From: Octopus sinensis
Taxonomy: Eukaryota
Length of the DNA stretch: 20,689 nt
Assembly: GCF_006345805.1 (NCBI RefSeq)
Contig: NW_021823955.1
Span: forward strand, 1 to 20,689
Direction: 5' to 3'
Shown here: piece by piece, positions 9,077-18,462 of the stretch
How positions within the stretch are numbered: position 1 is the stretch's first letter
Layout: the number at the start of each line of letters is the position of its first letter
The notes under the pieces: model-generated
Seen by the model: the letters and a program-made list of their open reading frames with translations, nothing else
What the model was told of the DNA's origin: nothing
Database searches by the model: none
Made by a program: the position numbers and the translations under genes

Positions 9077-9536
9077 ATATATGGAAGACCCTACATGCTA
9101 AAAAGACTATATCAATTTAGGTCCATTTATATAGGAGCTCTCAGTTGAAAATTGTGGAAATGTATGCGTTCAGTGTTCCTAGGCTAAAAGAACAAGTCTA
9201 TCATCAAATCTGTTCAAGATTTAATTATCCCCTTGTGTTTTTAGAAGGCTTAGTGTAACCAACTTACATTGTTCTACATACAGAACACAAATTACTTATT
9301 CTTGACGATAACGAGCAAGATTTTGTTGGTATAAAGTAGATAGAAAGCAATAGCTCTCTCCTGATTATCTCCCTTGCATCGTACACTTAGCGGTGAAGCA
9401 TTTACCTCCCTTGACACAGTAATGGAGTTATTATCTCCCTTACATGTTTTTTTTGTTCTTTGAGAACGATTTGCGCGTTTACGTGAAATCTTCATCTAAT
9501 CAGTTATACGTTTCTGTGTGGCAAGATGCTTGCTTC

Positions 9537-9546
9537 TGCGCATGCG
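9537..9546. promoter_or_regulatory. NRF1-type motif TGCGCATGCG in a CpG-enriched unique segment
   Basis: Matches the NRF1/ewg/P3A2 consensus (TGCGCATGCGCA) at 10 positions; function is inferred only. Confidence 0.35.
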
Positions 9547-9740
9547 TTGGTCAGTGTTTTTCTTTGCACTGCTAGGAGTCACGACGCTGTACACCATCGT
9601 CATGAATTATTGAACAAGTGAAGCACAACTACAAGGTAAAGGTTAACGTAGGTAATTTATACAGGTAATAACAGATATTCTTCTCCCTTAGACGGTTATT
9701 CCAACCTCTAACTATACTTACCTATATAAATATATACCAC

Positions 9741-9912
9741 GCAGGAGTGGCTGTGTGGTAAGTAGCTTACTTACCAATCACATGGTTCCGGGTTCAGTCC
9801 CACTGCGTGGCACCTTGGGCAAGTATCTTCTACTATAGCCTCGGGCCGACTAAAGCCTTGTGAGTGGATTTGGTAGACAGAAACTGAAAGAAGCCTGTCG
9901 TATATATGTATG

Positions 9913-9947
<35 letters not shown>

Positions 9948-10149
9948 TTGTGTCTGTGTTTGTCCCCCTAGCATTGCTTGACAACCGATGCTGGTGTGTT
10001 TACGTCCCCGTCACTTAGAGGTTCGGCAAAAGAGACCGATAGAATAAGTACTGGGCTTACAAAAGAATAAATCCCGGGGTCGAGTTGCTCGATTAAAGGC
10101 GGTGCTCCAGCATGGCCGCAGTCAAATGACTGAAACAAGTAAAAGAGTA
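9741..10149 (+). mobile_element. SINE family A, full length
   Basis: A-box TGGCTGTGTGGT, B-box GGTTCAGTCCC, CCTTGGGCAAGT central motif, internal (TA)n(TG)n, 3' module ending AAACAAGTAAAAGAGTA. Confidence 0.93.
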
Positions 10150-10161
10150 TATATATATATA

Positions 10162-11355
10162 CAGGGTGCGTAAGGTATTTGAGGGCAGATTTATGTTTAT
10201 ATAAAAAAAACAGGTATATGATAACAGATAATAACTTTATTTATCAAAAAATGCTACGAGGACAAAAACAAACCTTCTTTTCTACAATTCAATAAAACCA
10301 CCTTCAGCTTTAACAACTGCTTCTATATGAGATCTAAATCATATCCATGCTCGAATCAAGTGGCCCTAGTTTATTTTGGATATTACTCTGACTATGGCAG
10401 CTTTCAAAGAATCTTTGGTGTTATGGGTGTGTTCATTGACCTCTCTCTCAACAATGCTCCACATGTAATAGTCCAATGGATTAAGATCTGGGGAATTAGG
10501 AAGCCAAATGTTAGGGGTTATGTGGTCATGAGCATTTTCAGCCATCCATTCCTGTGTTACTAGAGCCATGTGTGATAGTGCAAAGTCTTACTGAAGCACA
10601 TATGGCCTTCCATTGCATACACTGTCTATCCAGGGCTTAACAATTATCTCCAGGACCTCAATGTAGGCGGCGGAGTTAACTCTAAGGCCTTGTGGAAAAA
10701 AAAGGCTTCACATATATCTTCATTTCTGACAACCCCTATAAACCCCAGTTGCAGAAAATTTTGTATGCATAATACTTGGCACTTCAGAAGGGTCTGCACG
10801 TAACCATCTGTCATTTCTTCTGTTAACTTTTTGATGTTGGTCGAAGTTTTTCTCGTTTGAGAAAAACCAAACCAAATCAAATCTTCTTCTGCTGGATTTT
10901 TCAGTTTGCTTAAGAGCCTTTTAAATCTGAGGTAGTGATTTTCTTTTGCTTTTTCTGACAAATTGACCTTCCCTCATAATATAAAACTTATATCAGATGT
11001 CTTCGTGGACAACGTTTCTGACACGAGGAGATCTTTTGTAATTGACCTCATGAGCTTTCTGGGATTGTAATCAATGGTTTGTTGAACTGGTTGGATAAAT
11101 TCAGGTGTTCTGATGATTTCAGAGTGTTTAGAATGGTTTTTATGCTGTTCATGCTGGTGATACATTTCCATCTTCAGCCTCTAGCTCCTTACAAACTTTG
11201 CAGGCGAAAGATCTGGCAATTTTTAAATCGCTATGCCCAGCCTTTATAAACACAATAACAGTAGGCCTCTTCATTTCTTGAACAATAATGGGTCTGCCAT
11301 TATTATTTTCTGAAACATCTGAGAACATAAATTAAGTTTTTTGATGCACAGGTGA
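10162..11355 (-). mobile_element. Degenerate Tc1/mariner element of the DD37D (maT/mori-like) family
   Basis: Left end TA|CAGGGTG; transposase remnant inside. The right TIR is not clearly recognisable, so that boundary is approximate. Confidence 0.85.
10282..11302 (-). pseudogene. DD37D transposase pseudogene
   Basis: Pieces: MKRPTVIVFIKAGHSD..., IRTPEFIQ, SDEKNFDQHQKVNRRNDRW, KPWIDSVCNGRPYVLQ*D, WLPNSPDLNPLDYYMW, AEGGFIEL*. 37 residues between the 2nd and 3rd Asp; many stops and frameshifts. Confidence 0.9.
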
Positions 11356-11497
11356 AGTGAAGTGATTTTTTTATGGTGAATACTTGACCTGACTTGAATT
11401 AATATGTCGAAACTTCTACTAATGTATATTTGTTGTGATCTTCATTGAACAGTTGGACATCGTTGGATAATTTCCCCATAGATTCCTTGTAAAAAAT

Positions 11498-11578
11498 CAG
11501 ATGGACGGTCACGGTTGGAATAGCTTTGCTGAGAGGTAATCTTGATCAATGACTAAACACCACCAGCACCAGCAGCAT

Positions 11579-11611
<33 letters not shown>

Positions 11612-11642
11612 CATCACCACCACCACCACCAACAACAACAAC
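11498..11642 (+). repeat. Retroposon 3'-end fragment with (CAG/CAC/AAC)n tail, copy 1
   Basis: GATGGACGGTCACGGTTGGAA...CTTGATCAATGACTAAACACCACC matches 11883-11983. Confidence 0.7.
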
Positions 11643-11667
11643 CAGATCTTCAAATGACACCCTAGCA

Positions 11668-11813
11668 CAAGCACAGGGAATCTTTTTTGAGAAGTGGGCC
11701 TCATGAGACACAGTTCATCACCAAGCGGGCCGCATTACTGAAATAAACTTTAGTCAGTTTTCATTAGGCGTGCCGTTTAGAAACCCCTGCGGGCCGCAGG
11801 CTGCATACAACTG
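11668..11813. mobile_element. Possible short degenerate hAT MITE
   Basis: Right end GCGGGCCGCAGGCTGCATACAACTG resembles hAT termini; flanks CCCTAGCA / CCGTAGCA are a 7/8 candidate TSD; left TIR is poor. Confidence 0.45.
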
Positions 11814-11882
11814 CCGTAGCAATCTTAGAAAAAGACCAGGAGGATTTAATACTATGTTCTTTGCACCGATGACGAAAATGAC

Positions 11883-11983
11883 CGGATGGATGGTCACGGT
11901 TGGAACCGCTTCGTTGAGAGATCTGCTTGATCAAAGGCTAAACACCACCACCATCAACAACAACAATAACAACGACAACAACA
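11883..11983 (+). repeat. Retroposon 3'-end fragment with (CAC/AAC)n tail, copy 2
   Basis: GGATGGATGGTCACGGTTGGAA...CTTGATCAAAGGCTAAACACCACC. Confidence 0.7.
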
Positions 11984-12039
11984 TGATGGAAATAAATATA
12001 AGGTAACAACAAATGTTTATTCTCCAATTTATTACGAAC

Positions 12040-12419
12040 TACATGGTTCCGAGTTCAGTCCCACAGCGTGCCACCTTGGGCAAGTGTCTTCTATTATAGC
12101 CTCGGGCCAACCAAAGCCTTGTGCGTGGATCTGGTAGGCGGAAACTGAAAGAAGCCCGTCGTATGTATACACACACACACACACACATATATGTATGTAT
12201 GCGTGTATATATGTATGTGTGTGTATATGTTTGTGTGTCTGTGTTTGTCCCCCCAACATCGCTTGACAACCGATGGTGGTATGTTTACGTTCCCGTATCT
12301 TAGCGGTTCGGCAAAAGAGACCGATAGAATAAGTATTGGGCTTACAAAGAATAAGTCCCAGGTTCGATTTGCTCGACTAAAGGCGGTACTCCAGCATGGC
12401 CGCAGTGAAATGAATGAAC
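12040..12419 (+). mobile_element. SINE family A, lacking the A-box end
   Basis: CATGGTTCCGAGTTCAGTCCCAC...CCTTGGGCAAGT...(CA)n(TG)n...CCAGCATGGCCGCAG. Confidence 0.92.
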
Positions 12420-12469
12420 TGTTTCTCTGGTTAAGTTGGCAACATTTTAAATGTTGATAATTGGTAACA

Positions 12470-12988
12470 GAGATGAAGTGGTGCTGGTGGCGGTGGTGGG
12501 AGAGAGAGAGAGAGAGAGAGGAGATACGTGGGTGGTGGTGGTGGTTGTGATGGAATTAATACTCATTTAACACATTAATCGGATTTGTGGACAAACATAC
12601 ACATTGTGTGTGTGTGAGTGTGTGTGTGTGTGATAATAAGATGATGGTGATGTAATGCTTAAGGCAGTCACATAAATAGCAGCTAATAACTACTTCGTCG
12701 ACAGCAGCAGTAGTAGGAGCAGGATCAGCGGTAGCGGCAGCAGCGGTAGCAGCAGCAGCGGTAGCAGCAGTAGTGGTTTTTGTTTTGTTTGGCTGCCACT
12801 TTTCAATATCTATAATTTTTGTTCCAATACCTTTCATATTTGATGTATTTGTGTAGTTTTGTAAAGCGATCATTGACTTGAAATTCATTTTCACTATACT
12901 TAAATCAGTAAATAACGAGTGAAAACTTTCACTAAACTTTAAAATTTCCGCAGATGCAGCTAAACAGAAAAGATCCGTAGTAGTAGTT

Positions 12989-13024
<36 letters not shown>

Positions 13025-13810
13025 AGAATAAGAAGTTTAGCAGCAACACTAACACCGTCATCATCATCATCAACGTCAGCGGCAGCATCAGCAGCAGCAG
13101 CATTAGCAGCACTATTAACAACAATAGCAATTAGAAGAAACTGTAATGACAGACACGACATCCTCATCTGTGACACATCGTCGAAAGAACAACGAGAATG
13201 GGGGATAGCAACAGTAACAACAACTACAACGGAACACGGCAACAAAAACAAGATCATCAATAGTGACACCACCAGCACCAGCATCATCAACACCACCGCC
13301 GCCGCCACCACCACCACCACCATTACCACCACCACCACCACCACCACTACACTGCCGTCTCCGCCGCCAACACCACCATCACCACCACCATCACCACTAC
13401 TAGTGCCTTTGCCGCCGCCGCCGCCACCATTACCACCACCACCACCACCACCACCACTACACTGCCGTCTCAGCCGCCAACACCACCATCACCACCACCA
13501 TCACCACTACTACTGCCTTCGCCGTCGCTGCCGCCGCCACCACCACAACTAACGACAACAACAACAGCAAGAACAAAAACGCCAATAAGAACAACTACAT
13601 CATCACTGCCACTACCACGAACATCGTCAGTAGTAACGATGACGGTAAGATATGTGATAGAAGAAAAAGGAGGAGGAAGAGAAGGAGACGGAGGAAGAGG
13701 ACGGAGGAAGAGGAGGAAGAGGAGAAGGAATAATAATAATAATAATAATAAGACAGGGAAGAGAAGAAGACGAAGAAGTAGAAAAAGAAGAAGAGCGCAA
13801 CAACAGCAAC
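12470..13810. repeat. Mosaic low-complexity tract: (GGT)n, (GA)n, (TG)n, (GCA)n, (TAG)n, (CAC/CCG)n, (GAA/GGA)n, (AAT)n
   Basis: Direct reading; includes a ~110-bp tandem duplication at about 13315-13535. Confidence 0.88.
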
Positions 13811-13811
13811 G

Positions 13812-14030
13812 ATATCTCTGATAGGCACAAGGCCTGAAATTTAGGGGAGGGGGATAGGCGATTACACCGACCCCAGTACTCAACTGGTACTTATTTTGTC
13901 GACCCGGAAGGGATGAAAGGCAAAGTCGACCTCGGCGCTGGAATTTGAACTCAGAATGTAAAGACGGTCGAAACGCCGCTTAGCATTTTGTCCGGCGTGC
14001 TAACTAACGATTCTGCCAGATCAGATTCTG
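13812..14030 (-). mobile_element. SINE family B with the ...CCTCCCCCTAAATTTCAGGCCTTGTGCC tail
   Basis: GGATGAAAGGCAAAGTCGACCTCGGCG...GAATTTGAACTCAGAATGTAA...CCGGCGTGCTAAC shared with 8938-9076 and 15143-15367. Confidence 0.88.
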
Positions 14031-14399
14031 CCTTCTGATATTACATACAACAACAACAACAACAACAATAACGAATTTCGTTTTATCTCTGTCTAAGGTA
14101 TATATGTTATGTATTTGAAAGAAGGACTGGAAAAGTTTTCCAAAACTCATAAGTTTCCATTTGTCTGAGGGGTGCCGACTGAATTTCCTCGATGTGCCAA
14201 TGTGAACATAAAGCAATCAAAGCGACTCATCCAAATCGTATCTAGATTAGGAAAAAAACCCAAGAAAAATGAAAAAAATAAGAAGAGAAAAGAAAGCAAA
14301 AAAATAAAGGGGGAAAAAGGAAAGAAAATTCAGTGACAATGCTCTTCTCAATGCGTGTGACGTACCCGTCAGTTAAAACGATTAGACTGAGAGTCAGTT

Positions 14400-14830
14400 C
14401 TGATTTTATTAGACTTGAAGCTCCAAAATATTGGCAAGGCACAATATGTGTACAAATGGTCCTAATACCCTGAAACGTGATTCTTAAGTATGCTTAGGTA
14501 TGGATTAATTAATTATGAGATAATCAACTTGCGTAAATAACTAATTTAATTAGACTTTAAGCTCCAGTAATGAATCACATTGAATAATACTTCTTAGACA
14601 CAAGTGATACTTAAATGAAAACTTAAGAAAAAAAACAACGGGTATGGAAAGACAAATTAAGAAGTTTTAATTAGACACTTAATTAGGAATTAATTAGACT
14701 TTCTGCTCCAGCATCAATAACTTCGCAGAATTGTTCACTAAACCCAACTGAATCTATTCATGTCACTTAAGAACCATTTTAGGTATGGATTTCTAATTTA
14801 AGAAGCATTTTCTAATAATCAGTATACACT
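14400..14830. repeat. Degenerate tandem repeat, about 3 copies of a 141-144 bp unit
   Basis: ATTAGACTT-x3-GCTCCA at 14408, 14549, 14693; GGTATGGA at 14497, 14641, 14782, each preceded by CTTAAG. Confidence 0.8.
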
Positions 14831-15075
14831 AATTAAGGAGAAATATACACCTATTTTTCCACAATCAGGTTTTTCAGTTCACGTACGTCAGAATGTGACT
14901 GACTTAGATACACGTGCATCACTTTTTTTGACAGAGTTTGTCACGTTTTTGTAACGCTTTATTCAATTCTTTACTCATATTCATTCGCATTCAGATCCTC
15001 AGAGTACGAACAAGCCTGATACTCGTCTTCCGCTAGTGAACACATTCAGTAAGGGGTCGTCAAAAATAAATTTTC

Positions 15076-16024
15076 ATGGAGGACCATTTCTCACCTGGCG
15101 ATCCTGGGCAACCTTCATATTCCCCCGATCTCTTCACATCTGTTTCTTTATTACCCACAAGGGGCTAAACACAGATGGGACAAACAAGGACAGACAAACG
15201 ATTTAAGTCGATTAGATCGACCCCAGTGCGTAACTGGTACTTATTTAATTGACCCCGAAAGGATGTAAGGCAAAGTCGATCTCGGTGGAATTTGAACTCA
15301 GAATGTAACGGCAGACGAAATACGGCCACGCATTTCGCCCGGCGTGCTAACGGTTCTGCCAGCTCGCAAACTGATCCCCACATCATCGCACCTGATTCAG
15401 CATTGAATATTGGCGGGTCCCAGTCGGAAACTGCGGATGTACCCTCGGCCAGTCAGCCTCCCGTTGTAAATGATCGCTCATTACACTGTGTTTTCCACAG
15501 CAGAAAGTCTAAAGAGAGTGCTGAAAGTGGACTGCTACTTCCGTTCTCAGAGCAGAAATGGCGATCCATCCAAAATGCTACATAAAACGCTCAAGTAAAA
15601 AAAAAGGTTCCGTACATCCATTTATTAAGACATCATCCAAAAGCTACCAGAAACATTTTCTGATTTGCACGGATACCACAGTGGTTGTTATAAAGATTTC
15701 ACAGCTATCACGGATGATGTTCAGCCTCTAGAAACGACTCCTAGCCCATTACCAAGAAAACGCAAAATACCAACATCTGCTGGCATTTACTCTCAGGTCT
15801 GCGTATTCTGCGACTTGAAGCGCAAGTCAAAAGGCAGGAGTGGAGAAGAGAGTCTGACTACTTGTCAAACTTTCGATGTACAAGAGTTAATTAAAAGGGC
15901 AGCCACGACAATAGCAGTAAAAAACAACGATGACATTGTGCTCCGAAAAATCGCTGGAATAGATATGATCGCTAAAGAAGTAAAGTATTATCAAAGATGT
16001 TACGATCGAGAAGGTGAATCATAA
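15076..16024 (+). pseudogene. N-terminal fragment of a Cys/His-rich DNA-transposon protein (tentatively AcademX-like), interrupted by a SINE
   Basis: Reading across stops and shifts: HCVFH...W..IQNA, HGYHSGCYKDFT, VCVFCD, LTTCQT, RKIAGIDMIAKEVKYYQRCY. The last resembles the D(L/M)IAxExKYHxxCY motif I recall from large XPG/CXC transposon proteins; the superfamily call is from memory. Confidence 0.55.
15143..15367 (-). mobile_element. SINE family B with a different tail (...GTTTAGCCCCTTGTGGGTAATAAAGAAA)
   Basis: Head GCGAGCTGGCAGAACCGTTAGCACGCCGGGCGAAATGCG on the minus strand; body shared with the other B copies. Confidence 0.9.
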
Positions 16025-16350
16025 TGACCCTTTTCTGTGCACAGTTTGTGACAGACCATACCTTCCATTTGCTGGGCTCAAATCTCATTTGTGAACACAT
16101 GGAAAACGAACATCTGTCATCTATTCTGCCTATATGTCTGTGCACACCTTTCAAAAGCTATTTTTAAGATCCACAAAGATCAGAACTTATCTGCAGCTCT
16201 TGGTGGTCCAAATCGGATTTGCAATCTATGCGGGTGTCTTTTCAGAACACATTGTCTGGTTTAAAAAGCCACATCAGATGCCATGATTGTAATAAGGTTT
16301 AAGTACAGGAGGTGGTCAAATTCTGCATAAGGAGTAGACAACCACCATGA
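16025..16350 (+). mobile_element. 3' end of a LINE (RTE-like) with decayed C-terminal C2H2 zinc fingers
   Basis: CTVCDRPYLPFAGLKSHL*TH and ICNLCGCLFRT/LSGLKSHIRCH; ends ...GACAACCACCATGATG running into a simple-repeat tail. A C2H2-ZNF gene remnant is an alternative. Confidence 0.6.
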
Positions 16351-16715
16351 TGCATGCATGCATGTATGTATGTATGCATGTATGTATGTATGTATGTATG
16401 TATGCATGTATATATGTATGCATTATGCATGTATGTGTGCTTGTATGTATGTATGTATGTATGTATGTATGTACATACAAGCACACATACATGTATGTAT
16501 GTCATTATTCAGTTTATTTCAAGATTTCTTGCCAATAGAGAAAGAACCGGTTTCGAACCTAGATCCAAAGCTCTTTCATTGGAGTTTCAACATCAACACC
16601 AGAGTATTTTTGCTTGTTTGTTTGTATGTTTGTTTGTTTGTTTGTATGTATGCATGTATGTATGTATGTATGTATGTATGTATGTATGTATGTATGTATG
16701 TATGTATGTATGTAT
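16347..16715. repeat. (TATG)n/(CATG)n/(TTTG)n tetranucleotide arrays separated by a ~100-bp non-microsatellite segment (about 16505-16605)
   Basis: Direct reading. Confidence 0.9.
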
Positions 16716-16812
16716 AATAGAATGCGTTGTAGTCTTCTTGAGTTTTGAGTTCAAATCACGCCGAGATCAACTTTACGTTTCTTTCATCCCGGGAGCGATA
16801 AAGTACTAGTTC
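16716..16812 (+). mobile_element. Decayed SINE family B fragment
   Basis: TGAGTTCAAATCACGCCGAGATCAACTTT...TTTCATCCC...GATAAAGTACTAG. Confidence 0.65.
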
Positions 16813-16824
16813 TGTACACGAGGG

Positions 16825-17325
16825 AGTTCTTCTCTCTCTTTTTTTCTCTCTCTGTTTTCTCTCCTCTTTATCTTCCCTTCTTTCTCTTATTCCTCTCCCC
16901 TTTCTCCCTCTCATCTCCCCTTCCTCTATCCTCTCCTCTCCCTCTCCCCTTCCTCTCCCCTTCCTCTCCCCTTCCTCTCCCCTCCCTGCTCCCTCTCTTT
17001 TCCTCTCTATATTTCTCCTTTCCCTCTCCCCCTCTCTTCTCTCTGTCTTTTACACACACTCTCTCTCTCTCTTTTCCTCTTTTCTCTCCCAGCGCTCTCC
17101 CTGCTATCTTTCCCTCTCTCTGTGCCCCCCTTTCTGTTCTCCATAGTCTCTCTCTGTTGTCCATGGTTTCTCTCTGTTGTGCATAGTCTCTCTTTCTCTC
17201 TGTTCTCCATTATCTCTCTCTCTCTTTCTCTCTCTGTTCTCTCTGCCCCTCTTTTCCTCTCCCCACTCCCTCCCTCTCCCTCCTCAAACTCTCCCCGTTC
17301 TCTCTCTCTCTCTTTCTCCCTTTCT
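16825..17325. repeat. ~500-bp homopyrimidine (CT/CCTCT)-rich tract
   Basis: Direct reading; nearly purine-free on the + strand over long stretches. Confidence 0.92.
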
Positions 17326-17330
17326 GGAAG

Positions 17331-17470
17331 ATATTCGGTCGATGTTAGACCTGGCAACGGATCGGCTCCGCCATGAAGTTCGACTTCGACGCTCAACACA
17401 CACCGCACCTTATGTCACATCGACATCACAGCGACGCCGCTTCGATTCCATCAAGAGTTATTGGCCCTGA
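17331..17470 (+). other. Candidate terminal coding exon of an unidentified gene (CpG-rich unique island)
   Basis: Follows the pyrimidine tract via ...tttctggaag|; frame reads (D)IRSMLDLATDRLRHEVRLRRSTHTAPYVTSTSQRRRFDSIKSYWP*. The acceptor is atypical and the protein is not recognised. Confidence 0.35.
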
Positions 17471-17889
17471 GGCAGGGCAACTTTTACAATATTACACAAC
17501 ACTCACACAGACACACCACCGCTCAATTAAACACACACACACGCACACACAACACCTACATACACAAAAGACACGTGACTAAATTTGATACTTTATCTCA
17601 GACAGCTATTTATATTAAGTGGTGCACAATTAAATTTAAGAAGATTGTGATTGTTGCCGTTGTTTATGTTATTTTTTAATTATATTTTTCATATTTTATT
17701 GTTGCTGATGTCATTGTTGCTGTCCTTGTAATTGTGGTCGTTGTTGTTTATATTTTAATTTTTTTTTTTACTTCAAATGTTTATATATTTTATCTTTTCC
17801 GAAAATTATTCGCTCCGTAATTCAGTAAAAACCAGTGCCCGCCCTACCCACCCCTTCCACCACTCCAAACAAACAAGAAATAATCAACT

Positions 17890-18360
17890 AATGGTGTGTA
17901 TTTATGCGAATGTTTATCTGTGTGTGTGTGTTTATGTGTTTGATAATGTGTGTGTAAATAACGGTGTGTGTGTGTGTGTAATTGTTAGGCGTATGTTTAT
18001 GTCATAGTATGTGTATATGTATGTGATGGGTTGTGTGTGATGGGTTGTGGGAGCCTCATGGTGTGTGTGTGTGATGGGGTATGTGTATGATTGGAGGGTG
18101 ATGGTGAAGGCGTGTGTGTGTATGTGAGTATGATGCTGCTGCTGTGTGTATGTGTGTGATAGTGTTCGGATGTGACGGTGTGTATGACAGTATGTGTGTG
18201 TGTGTGAGTGTATGCTGGTTTGTGTATGTGATAATGTGTGTGATGACGTGTGTATATGCGTATGATGGTATGCGCATGTGTATGTGTGTGCGTAATGGCG
18301 TGTGTCCACGTGTGTGTGTGCATGCGCGTGCGATGTTGTGTGTGTGTATGTGTGCGTGTA
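17890..18360. repeat. Degenerate (TG)n/(TATG)n tract
   Basis: Direct reading. Confidence 0.9.
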
Positions 18361-18462
18361 TATTTGAAGACTAGTTTTGCCTCGTATTGTCAGACTTGCT
18401 CTTTCTACACCCTACCCGTATCCATACCCGGCCCCTCTATTTCCCCTTAATTCATTCTCTTT

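Noticed and set aside
9741-9810. tRNA gene (A- and B-box motifs; also near 2560-2619, 8100-8166, 18972-19040)
   Set aside because: No acceptor stem or cloverleaf; the boxes run straight into SINE bodies.
12556-13553. 263-aa minus ORF and a ~200-codon open plus frame after ttccgcag|12954
   Set aside because: Dominated by poly-V/T/A/P from (TAG)n, (GCA)n and (CAC)n; no recognisable domain. Only the ~65-codon AT-rich middle of the minus ORF is mildly unusual, which is not enough to call.
16030-16290. Functional C2H2 zinc-finger gene of the cephalopod ZNF expansion
   Set aside because: In-frame stop and frameshift, no TGEKP-type linkers, and a retroposon-like 3' end with a simple-repeat tail; better explained as a LINE remnant.
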